A stretch of 64,000 bases of DNA, from the NCBI GenBank assembly GCA_965209055.1, contig OZ242374.1, forward strand, positions 2,720,001 through 2,784,000, read 5' to 3'. This document shows, piece after piece, positions 47,834-56,410 of the stretch. The position numbers were made by a program, and so were the translations under genes. The notes beneath the pieces were generated by a model that saw only the letters and a list, made by a program, of their open reading frames with translations, ran no database searches and was not told where the DNA came from. How positions within the stretch are numbered: position 1 is the first letter of the stretch; each line of letters opens with the position of its first letter. Source of the DNA: Acidobacteriota bacterium. Lineage in GTDB: Bacteria; Acidobacteriota; UBA6911; RPQK01; JAJDTT01.

Positions 47834-49825
47834 ATGGCAATATCCAACAATTCCCTCCTGAGCATCTGTTTGCTCCTCCCCTTCCTGGCCTCCCTCCACG
47901 CCCAAAGCAAGCCCCGCCGGGTCACTCCCCTCTTGGAACAGGAAACCCTGCAGCAGGGGCTTCTCCACCACCTGCTCGGCGAATACCTCGTGACGCGATC
48001 CCCAAAATTACCACCCGTCCCCGCCCACGCCGAAGAATGGACGGCCCAAGCAAACGACATCCGCAGAAAGCTCCTCCAGGATGTCGTCTATCGCGGCTGG
48101 CCCCGCGAGTGGGTAGAGGCCCCCCTTCGTTTCCACGAGGTCGGTCCGCCCCAACAGCACCGCGGCTACCGCCTCCAGAAGCTCCTGATCCAAATCGTCC
48201 CCGGCCTGCAGATCTCCGCGTTGCTATACGAACCGGCGGGAGACCGGCATCCCCTGCCGGCGGTCCTCAACGTGAACGGCCACGCCCGGGGCCCTGGCAA
48301 GGCCGTCGAATACAAGCAGAAACGATGCATCAGCCTGGCTCGCCAGGGCGTAATGGCGCTAAATTTGGAATGGCTGGGCTGCGGTGAGTTGAATCTTCCC
48401 GAAAACAGCCACTGGTTCGGCGCCCATCTCGACTTGGTGGGAGCCAACGCCATCGGCCTCTTCTACCTGGCAATGCGGAAGGGGCTCGACTACCTGGAGC
48501 AGCATCCCCGGGTCGACCCGCAGCGCCTGGCCGTCACCGGGCTCTCGGGCGGCGGTTGGCAGACCATCATCCTCTCCTCCCTGGATGAGCGAGTCGCTGC
48601 GTCCATACCGGTCGCCGGCTACTCCGCCCTGATCTCAAGAGTCGAACGGCCGCAGGACACAGGGGACATCGAGCAGAACGCCACCGACCTGCTCCTGGGC
48701 CAGGACTACTCGACGTTGACCGCCATGCGCGCCCCCAAGCCGACTCTCCTGATCTACAACGCCGAGGACGAATGCTGTTTCCGAGCTCCCCTGGTCCGGC
48801 CCTACATCTACGATGACGTCAAGCCCTTCTTCGCCCTTTTCGGCAAGGGAGACCACCTGGGCTGGCATGAAAACACCGATCCCTCCACCCACAACTACCA
48901 ACTGGACAACCGGCTCCAGGCCTACCGCCACCTGTCTCGGCATTTCGGGCTCGGGCCCTGGGACCGGGAAGATCCCGTCGACCGGGAGATCCAGAGCTAC
49001 GAGGATCTGGTGGTCGGAATACCGGAGGACAACCTCACCATCGTGGGAGTGGCGCGCCAACTGGCGAACCAGAAGCTGCAGGAAGCGGCTCCGGACGAAG
49101 GCCGGGCGGCTGAAGATCTCAAGGACCGCCGGGCCCGACTTCGATCACTGGTCCGTTTCCAGCCGGTGAAGGTCAAGCATGGCTGGGCGCTCCACAACAC
49201 CAAGAACCGGGGGGTGGAATCGTATTCCTATCGAATCCACTTCACCGACGGACTCGTGGCGTCGGCCCTCTGGGGGAAGGGAATCGACACCCCGGAAGGC
49301 GCTCCAGCGTCGATCCTGATTCTTGACGAGGGCAAGGCGATGGCGGGGCAGCAAGCCTCGGACCGGATCAACTGGGGGGAGCAGGTGCTGACAGTGGACC
49401 TGATCCTGACCGGGGAAGCACAGCCGCGCAGGAGAAATACGTCGGACTCACATCGCTACGCTCAGCTCCTGGCCACAGTGGGGGACCGCCCGCTGGGCAT
49501 TCGAGCTTCGCATCTCCTGGCCCTGGCCAAATGGCTCAAGGACCATCACGGCGCGCCGGAAGTCCGGGTCGAAGCCCACGGTTTCCGGAGCCAAGTGGTC
49601 GCCCTGTTGGGAGCCGCGCTGGACCCAACGGCATTTTCAGAGGTCAAAGTCGACAAAGGAATAAAGAGCCTGGACCACCTTTTGGCCAAGCCGGTCCGCT
49701 ACGAGGAGGCTCCGGAACTGTTCTGCCTGGGGCTCTATCCTGCATTCGATCTGGAGCGTTTGGTCCAATTAGCTGAACCGGCCCATGTGGAGCAGCGCTT
49801 CAAATCATCAGATTCCCGAGATTGA
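47834..49825 (+). CDS. secreted acetylxylan-esterase-like alpha/beta hydrolase
   Basis: 'VLNVNGH', 'VTGLSGGGWQT', 'RAPKPTL..N..DECCF', 'HNY'. Confidence 0.8.
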   Translation: MAISNNSLLSICLLLPFLASLHAQSKPRRVTPLLEQETLQQGLLHHLLGEYLVTRSPKLPPVPAHAEEWTAQANDIRRKLLQDVVYRGWPREWVEAPLRFHEVGPPQQHRGYRLQKLLIQIVPGLQISALLYEPAGDRHPLPAVLNVNGHARGPGKAVEYKQKRCISLARQGVMALNLEWLGCGELNLPENSHWFGAHLDLVGANAIGLFYLAMRKGLDYLEQHPRVDPQRLAVTGLSGGGWQTIILSSLDERVAASIPVAGYSALISRVERPQDTGDIEQNATDLLLGQDYSTLTAMRAPKPTLLIYNAEDECCFRAPLVRPYIYDDVKPFFALFGKGDHLGWHENTDPSTHNYQLDNRLQAYRHLSRHFGLGPWDREDPVDREIQSYEDLVVGIPEDNLTIVGVARQLANQKLQEAAPDEGRAAEDLKDRRARLRSLVRFQPVKVKHGWALHNTKNRGVESYSYRIHFTDGLVASALWGKGIDTPEGAPASILILDEGKAMAGQQASDRINWGEQVLTVDLILTGEAQPRRRNTSDSHRYAQLLATVGDRPLGIRASHLLALAKWLKDHHGAPEVRVEAHGFRSQVVALLGAALDPTAFSEVKVDKGIKSLDHLLAKPVRYEEAPELFCLGLYPAFDLERLVQLAEPAHVEQRFKSSDSRD

Positions 49826-50114
49826 GTCTCGGGCAGTCAAGCGCCGACATCCCCTTAATTTGCCAACCGCATAGTGCTGATGTGCTCGGGTCCGGTTGGA
49901 GCGGGGACATTCTTGTCCCCGTCTTCTTCGCCGACGCGGAGCAGGTGGCTGGAAGGGAATCAGAGGGTACTACTCAGAGAATGTACCTGCCCCCTTCTCA
50001 CGTTGCGTGCTGCCGGAAATCAATGGCACAGTCTGGAACCACGACTAGGAAACTGGTCGCTACAAGCAGCAAGAAACCCGTTCAGGGAGTCGTCAGATCA
50101 TTCTGGAGAGACTA

Positions 50115-50966
50115 ATGACACCCGGCTTCAAGTACTTTGATACCGGAGGTGATGGACCCGTCGTAGTGTTGCTCCACGGGGTGCTCATGAACGGTACCGT
50201 TTGGGACAAGGTCGTAGACGGCCTGCGAGATCGATATCGCTGCATTGTCCCGGACCTGCCATTCGGCGGACATAGTGTGTCGATGCCCGATGACGCCGAC
50301 CTCACACTTAAATCGATTGCAACTATGGTCGCCCGGTTCTTGGTCGAACTCGATTTGCAGGACGCCACTGTTGTCTGTAATGACTGGGGCGGCGCGCAGC
50401 TCATTGTAAGCCCTGGAGGGTCCGATCGTATTGCGAACCTTGTGCTCGTCTCCTGCGAAGCCTTCGACAACTATCCGCCCGGCCTACCGGGTCGGCTACT
50501 CCGTCTCTTCGCTGCCCTGCCAGGCGGCACATTTCTAACGGTCCAAATGTTGCGGCCTCGTTGGATCCGGCATCTGCCGCTCGTATTCGGTGACATGTCG
50601 AAACACCGGATTCCGAACGACCTCTTCATGGGCTGGATCCACAATGCGCGCCACAACAGGAAGATTCGTCGCGACCTGACGAAATATCTTCGAAACGTTC
50701 CGAAGAAGAAGCAATTGCTCAAGTGGGCGGAGCAACAGCGCTCGTTCCGTGGGGCAGTTCTTATCGTTTGGGCTCGCGAGGATAAGTTGATGCCGCCAAC
50801 TCACGCCGAACGACTAGCCGAGCACTTCGAGAACTCGAAGTTGGTGTGGGTGGACAATAGTCGGACTCTGATTCCTATCGACCAGCCGGACATCCTGACG
50901 GACCATATCCGCAAGTTTCTTGCTCTTAATACGTCCTCGCCAGCGACATCCTCCTCCGTCGAGTAG
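50115..50966 (+). CDS. alpha/beta hydrolase
   Basis: 'VLLHG', 'PDLPFGGH', 'NDWGG', 'WAREDKL', 'IPIDQP'. Confidence 0.88.
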   Translation: MTPGFKYFDTGGDGPVVVLLHGVLMNGTVWDKVVDGLRDRYRCIVPDLPFGGHSVSMPDDADLTLKSIATMVARFLVELDLQDATVVCNDWGGAQLIVSPGGSDRIANLVLVSCEAFDNYPPGLPGRLLRLFAALPGGTFLTVQMLRPRWIRHLPLVFGDMSKHRIPNDLFMGWIHNARHNRKIRRDLTKYLRNVPKKKQLLKWAEQQRSFRGAVLIVWAREDKLMPPTHAERLAEHFENSKLVWVDNSRTLIPIDQPDILTDHIRKFLALNTSSPATSSSVE

Positions 50967-51040
50967 CGCTGGTCGGCGGCAGAGTTATTGGGAATGAAGG
51001 TGGCTGTCCGCTTCTTTCGTGTGTCGCTGAATCTGCTGAT

Positions 51041-51442
51041 CTATGCCCATTCCGGATAAACCTCTACAATACCGTTCTTGGTGAGCTTAGCGACAAACGG
51101 GGGCGGAGTGGAGTCGAGAAATCTACATATCTTCGGCATTGCGTCAATGAGAACCTGAGAGACCACATCAGTAGTCTGATCCTTCGTTGTAACAACAATC
51201 ATCCGGGCATTTCTGGAACGGATTAGATCCTTCGCCGTCTCTCGGAATCTGATTCTCTTGTCCTTCGTTATGAGTACCCATCCATGAGCGGCAGCCGTCT
51301 TGATAATATTCTCATCCGTTTCGTCTGGATTGAAATAGGTGTCATGAATCAATACTTCAATCCCGGATTTTAGAAGCCGCCTTGGAAGAGCTTTGCTTCC
51401 GAAATTTCTATCCAACAGGAATTGATGCTGATCTGCTGCCAT
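51041..51442 (-). CDS. VapC45-like PIN toxin
   Basis: 'FLLDRNFG', 'DENII', 'WVLITKDKRIR'. Confidence 0.8.
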   Translation of the reverse strand: MAADQHQFLLDRNFGSKALPRRLLKSGIEVLIHDTYFNPDETDENIIKTAAAHGWVLITKDKRIRFRETAKDLIRSRNARMIVVTTKDQTTDVVSQVLIDAMPKICRFLDSTPPPFVAKLTKNGIVEVYPEWA

Positions 51443-52118
51443 CTTCCCATTGAATTGCAGCTTCTATTTCTTTATCTGTCCTGTTGTAGTCTTCCATCAA
51501 ATCCTGAATTGATTCTCCCCCATTATATCTGTCAAAAACCGATTCTGTCATGATCCCAGTTCCACGAATCACTGGCAAACCGTATGAGATATTGGGATTT
51601 ATGACGATCAGATTATGTTCATTGATGGATTCATTTCCGGGAGTGAACATCGCAGGTCTGCCATGATAGTCGATTTCGATCCGGTTAAGGTGCGTCCGAA
51701 CAAACTCCATCTCATGCTGACCATATCGACTAGTATTAACAATGTGTTGGTTAATCTCCATCATCAGATAAACGCCATCTGTTTCTACTCGAAACGCCAA
51801 CAATGGATGTCTCTCATAGAACGAGTCCGCATAAGGCTCACTTAGATTATTTTTCCAGATATAACCCAGATGGTTGCGGAGATATCTCATCCGAACTCCA
51901 TAAACTCTTCGAATAATCGCTATTACGTAGAGTTCCATCAGGTTGTAAAATGAAACCACTGAGGGACGAAACTTCGGAGCCTGGATCAATGGGCGACTTG
52001 ATTCCCCACTTCCGAAAGCCCATCCCCGAAGAGTAGACGGGGCGACACCAATAAATCGGGACGCCTCAGATATCAGATAGGCCGGAAGCTCCCTGAATCC
52101 TGCTCGAATACTCTCCAT
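51408..52118 (-). CDS. VapB45-like DUF433 antitoxin
   Basis: HTH 'EASRFIGVAPSTLRGW', 'SFYNLMELYV', DUF433 'NPNISYGLPVIRGTGI'; AT-rich. Confidence 0.85.
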   Translation of the reverse strand: MESIRAGFRELPAYLISEASRFIGVAPSTLRGWAFGSGESSRPLIQAPKFRPSVVSFYNLMELYVIAIIRRVYGVRMRYLRNHLGYIWKNNLSEPYADSFYERHPLLAFRVETDGVYLMMEINQHIVNTSRYGQHEMEFVRTHLNRIEIDYHGRPAMFTPGNESINEHNLIVINPNISYGLPVIRGTGIMTESVFDRYNGGESIQDLMEDYNRTDKEIEAAIQWEDGSRSASIPVG

Positions 52119-52220
52119 TCCATCAATTTACCACAGAGGAGTGCCGCACCTCTGTTGGCTTGGGGAAGTCGAGAACTCCTCGAGCTCGAGCACGAGCAGA
52201 GAATGTGACTGTCCTGCTCA

Positions 52221-52483
52221 CGAGTCGAAGCCCTCCAGGTTTTCGGAGCGAAGTCGTGGGCTTGCTGAGCGCAGTACTCGATCCAGCGGCCTTTTCGGAG
52301 GTCAGAGTCGACAAGGGCATCCAGAGCCTGAATCACCTCTTGGCCAAACCGGTCCGCTACGCCGTGGCGCCCGAACTGTTCTGCCAGGGGCTCCTTCCTG
52401 GGTTCGGCTTGAAACGCTTGATCGTGTTGGCCAAACCAGTCCGGAAGGTGCAGTGCTTCGAGTCATCCGATTCCGGGGATTGA
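52221..52483 (+). pseudogene. diverged duplicate of the esterase 3' end (copy 2)
   Basis: 'GFRSEVVGLLSAVLDPAAFSEVRVDKGIQSLNHLLAKPVRY..APELFC' versus 49565-49825. Confidence 0.85.
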
Positions 52484-52627
52484 GACGCTGTCCCTGAAAC
52501 GCTGCATCCTCCGATAAGCCGGGCGCCCAGGGCGCGGGGACATTCTTGTCCTCGTCGTCATCGCCGAAGCGCTTACGCAATTGTACGCAAATGGTAAGAG
52601 AGGTGAATGTCCCCTTTTCATCCGCAG

Positions 52628-52872
52628 GGTTTCCGGAGCTAAGTGATCGCCCTGTTGGCCGCTGCACTGGACCCAAGAGCCTTTTCGGAGGTCCGGGTCG
52701 AAAAGAGCATGAAGAGCCTGAGCCACCTACTCGCCAAGCCGGTCCGCTACAGGGAGCCCCCAAAACTGTTCTGCTGGGGCTCTTTCCTGAATTCGATCTG
52801 GAGCGTTTGATCCCGTTGGCCGAACCGGTCCGGGCAGTGCAGCGGTTCGACTCATCAGATTTTGGAGATTGA
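52628..52872 (+). pseudogene. diverged, frameshifted duplicate of the esterase 3' end (copy 3)
   Basis: DNA match to about 49580-49825; ends 'LGLFPEFDLERLIPLAEPV..VQRFDSSDFGD*'. Confidence 0.85.
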
Positions 52873-53073
52873 GTCCCCAGCGATCACGCGGCGTCCAGGG
52901 AGCGGGGACATTCTTGTCCCCGTCTTCGGCGCCGACGCGGCTGGCCGGAGCGACTGAAGGCGACCATACTCAGCAGGAGCATCGCGTCTCTCAAGCGCCG
53001 CTGTTGGAATTTTGCAGACGGCCTTGGTCTACTGCGTGGTCTTCCCATGGGCGGTGCGACTTTCCTTACGTCT

Positions 53074-53261
53074 CTATCGGATCCGATCGACTCCGAGATC
53101 CCGCCAGATGTTTTTGCCAGGACGTCGACAATATCCCGGTGTCGTGGAATTGCAGAACGCCGGTCACCGCGGTCGTTCCGCCACCAAGAGTGTCTTCCTC
53201 CTTCGCGGACCGGTTCGCAGCCCTGCTTTCGAAGGTGTCTCACCAAGTTGATCCGTTTCAT
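53074..53261 (-). pseudogene. hicA: HicA toxin with a 1-nt frameshift
   Basis: 'REGGRHSWW', 'AIPRHRDI'. Adding one A to the A5 run near 53110 restores '..LAKNIWRDLGVDRIR*' (62 aa). Confidence 0.75.
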
Positions 53262-53467
53262 GCAACAACGACCTTCTCCTCGATGTAGTCGTCTCCCGCA
53301 GCCAATAGAGCGTCCCGCCGGTTGAGTTCAAGCACTTCGGAGAGCGTTTCGGCGAGGCATTGCATCAACTCCTCATGCGTGCGTTCCTGACAATTCACGC
53401 CGGGGACTTCCTCAATCCAGCCGATCCACCATTCGCCACAATGCTTCACGATGGCCGTGAATTCCAT
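53258..53467 (-). CDS. hicB: HicB antitoxin
   Basis: 'WIGWIEEVPGVNCQ..T.EE'; AAAGGAG RBS; overlaps hicA. Confidence 0.85.
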   Translation of the reverse strand: MEFTAIVKHCGEWWIGWIEEVPGVNCQERTHEELMQCLAETLSEVLELNRRDALLAAGDDYIEEKVVVA

Positions 53468-53559
53468 GGTCGCTCCTTTTCTCAAACTTATACGCTTTCC
53501 GGGCGGTCACTGAGTTTCCCTCGATCACCACGTGGCGCCTGTAACCCTGAAATGTCCTT

Positions 53560-53731
53560 CGGAAAGAGAACCGCTTCCCGGTGGTCTTGGTCGCAGCCCA
53601 AGTCAATGCCTCAAATTCCCAACGCTCTTCCGCAGTGAGCGTGACACGATAGCGTGGTGCCATGAGAACCCCTTCTTCCGAGTTCTCCAGCCTCCTGCAA
53701 TAATTTATGCCCAATTACATGTCATGGAGTA
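53560..53731 (-). mobile_element. IS630-family left-end remnant
   Basis: 'MAPRYRVTLTAEER..FEALT' N-terminus then truncation; putative end TA-CTCCATGAC at 53731. Confidence 0.6.
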
Positions 53732-53899
53732 CCAGCCGCGGTCCGAGCGGCCCGGGCGCGATTGGAGACGGCGCAATGAGCGGCAGATCGGGCCCGGGAC
53801 AGGATCGGCCTGCGAAGAGTGGGCCACGCTACAAACGAGCGTGCCGGGAACCGGGTCCGAAGGCGCAGAGCAACTTCACAGAACGGGAGAGCGGGAGTC

Positions 53900-55228
53900 A
53901 TGATTGACCAGTGCAGTCATCTGTCAAGGCCCGGGAAGAGGATCGTGATTCTCCTTGGGTCCTGGCTGTGGGTTTTCGGCTTTGCGCCGCAACTCCACCT
54001 TCTTGCCACCGGCGAAATGACTACGGTGTGGTTGCAAGGCCTGACCGTTCGTCTGGAACAGCCCATCCAGGTGACCCAAACCATCGGTCATGCCTGGTTT
54101 CCAACTCTGGCCAAGTTTCCTTCCGGTGAGTTGATGGTGACCTATGCCGTGTCAGCGGATTCCAACGCTAATCCCTATTCGGTTAGGGCCTTTCAGATCT
54201 CCAGAAATGGCGGCCGAAGCTGGGGACACCGCTATGACCTCATCCCCGACCTTCAACCATCCATTTTCGTACCTCAGGCAGATGGATCTCTACTGGCCAT
54301 CCTGGCCCACCTCTACCAACCCGATCGGGAGGAAAGACACAACCTTCACACGAGCTACACTTATTTCGAGCGCGGCGGGAGCCGCGTTGTTGTGGAACCG
54401 GGCGGTGTGCGGGTAACGGACTGGCCTTGGCCGGTGGGCACGTTTCCGAGCCAGATCCCTCGAACCAACTGGATTGCCCGACTGAAGTTCTGCGGCGATG
54501 CTCTTCAGATGGGCGATCGTCTCCTGGCCAGCGGGTACATGAGGACCGGGGGGAACCTGGAGCCTCGAAAGGAAGAGAAGGTGATCAGCCTGCTCTTTGT
54601 TTCTGAGGACAAGGGACGGACATGGCGCTACTTTTCAACCGTGGCTGATCCTTCAGTGATGACTGCTGACGCCCGGAGGCGGGATCCTGAAGATCCGCGC
54701 TACCAGGGTCGGCCCTGGCCTCAAGAACTCTTGGAAGCCAGTGAGACCTCGATGATCCAGCTCGCCGATGGAGACCTCATGGCTGTGTTTCGAGTCGGCC
54801 ATTTCCTGGACTTGGGCCGGACCTACAGCAATGATGGGGGCCGTTCCTGGACCCAGGTGGAGCCCATCCCCCCCTTCAGCGTAGCGCCGAGTATGCTTCG
54901 CACCCGGAATGACACCGTCGTGCTCTCCAGCGGCCGCCCCAGTCTACGTGTCTGGTTCTCGATCGACGCCCGGGCGCAGACTTGGCAGGACATCGACATC
55001 CTCGAACATCACAACCGTTGGGCTCCAGACGCCAGCTATCGCATTTCGCAGCAGGGCCGAAGGGGCGGAAGGGGTCAGACCACCTCTTACACGGAGATCG
55101 TGGAGACCTCGGCCGACCGGCTGCTGCTGGTGTACGACCGCGCTCCCTTCGGCTGGGATCCAACGCCCATCGATTCCGGCGAACGAAGCCGCATTTTCGT
55201 TTTACCGATCGAGGTGCACCGCGATTGA
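53900..55228 (+). CDS. sialidase/BNR-repeat protein
   Basis: Asp boxes 'SRNGGRSW', 'SEDKGRTW', 'SNDGGRSW'; 'TTSYT'. Confidence 0.8.
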   Translation: MIDQCSHLSRPGKRIVILLGSWLWVFGFAPQLHLLATGEMTTVWLQGLTVRLEQPIQVTQTIGHAWFPTLAKFPSGELMVTYAVSADSNANPYSVRAFQISRNGGRSWGHRYDLIPDLQPSIFVPQADGSLLAILAHLYQPDREERHNLHTSYTYFERGGSRVVVEPGGVRVTDWPWPVGTFPSQIPRTNWIARLKFCGDALQMGDRLLASGYMRTGGNLEPRKEEKVISLLFVSEDKGRTWRYFSTVADPSVMTADARRRDPEDPRYQGRPWPQELLEASETSMIQLADGDLMAVFRVGHFLDLGRTYSNDGGRSWTQVEPIPPFSVAPSMLRTRNDTVVLSSGRPSLRVWFSIDARAQTWQDIDILEHHNRWAPDASYRISQQGRRGGRGQTTSYTEIVETSADRLLLVYDRAPFGWDPTPIDSGERSRIFVLPIEVHRD

Positions 55229-55519
55229 CCGGAGAGCCCGTCGTGGTCTTGGGTAGAAGCTTCCCGGGTGATTGGGTTGAACGAAGTGCGAAATCGACGA
55301 ACGTTTCTTCAAGGGGCTGCCGGGCTGACCGCGCCGCACACACACAAGGTGACTGTCCCCTTTTCGCGTGTCCGCTTTCCTCATGGACTGGCACGGCCGG
55401 TGCGGAATCCGAAGATCACCAGACCGAGCCCTTGATGACCGCGCGGCACCGGGCCAAAGCAGCCGACTTCCCTTGAAGATCCCCTGCTTGACAAGCGCCG
55501 TCTGCGCTCTCTCAGGTCG

Positions 55520-55678
55520 GACCTGTTAGCGGCGCGTAACGCTACGGGTTTTCGTCTGTATCCATTGAAGGGCGACCGAGCGGGTCAATGGAGCGTGCAT
55601 CTATTGGGCAACAGGCGCGTGGTGTTCCGCTACGATGACGACGAGGCCGTGGATGGGGACTTGGTCGACTACCACTGA
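55520..55678 (+). pseudogene. higB: HigB/RelE-like toxin remnant
   Basis: 'GFRLYPLKGDRAGQWSVHLLGNRRVVFRY....VDGDLVDYH*'; no intact N-terminus (not in the ORF track). Confidence 0.75.
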
Positions 55679-55695
55679 TGTAAGGAGGAAAGATC

Positions 55696-56016
55696 ATGAA
55701 CCGCACTGGCAGCGAGCGCGTGGGTCCGATGCTGAACCCCCCACACTTGGGCGTACTGATCCGTGAGAGCATGGACGAGGTCGGCTGGAACGTGACCGAG
55801 ACGGCGGCGCGCCTAGGCTGCGAGCGGGGCACCCTGTCGCGTCTGCTGAACGGCAAGGCGGGCGTGTCCGCGAACATGGCGCTCGCGTTGGAAGCCATCG
55901 GCTGGGGTACGGCCGATCACTGGGTGCGGATGCAGGCGAGCTATGAACTCGCGCAGGCGCGAACGGCACGCGGGCGGCAGGAGGACGTGAGCATATGTGG
56001 TGCGGTTCGACGATAA
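55696..56016 (+). CDS. higA: HigA antitoxin
   Basis: 'NPPHLG.LI', 'TLSRLLNGKAGVSANMALAL', 'W.RMQASYEL'; AAGGAGG RBS. Confidence 0.9.
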   Translation: MNRTGSERVGPMLNPPHLGVLIRESMDEVGWNVTETAARLGCERGTLSRLLNGKAGVSANMALALEAIGWGTADHWVRMQASYELAQARTARGRQEDVSICGAVRR

Positions 56017-56410
56017 CATCGTGGAGCTCGAGTGCATTCCGGCGGTCGCTGGCTGATTGGCCTCGTCGCGGCCACGTCCCGTGACCGGTACATGCAGAAA
56101 AAGTCACTCAGAAATAGTGACTGTCTCCGTTCTCACACCCGGATGCGTTGGTGACTTGGCTCCGGCGCTGCTCTGGGCCTTGATCCCGGCTCTCAGCCAA
56201 GACGCGGACGGCTACGACCTGCGCTTGTCTACCATGTGCCCGGAGTGAGCAAGCCCAACCGCAGGCGGAAAAAGTGACGGTCCCCTTCTTGCGGTCGGAC
56301 CGCGCGGCATACGAGAAGGGCGAGACGCAGAGTATCTACAGCGACTTCTTCGCGTCTTCGTAGAGAAGGTGACTGTCCCCCTCTTGTGGTCCGATCGCGA
56401 TTTCTGGTCA

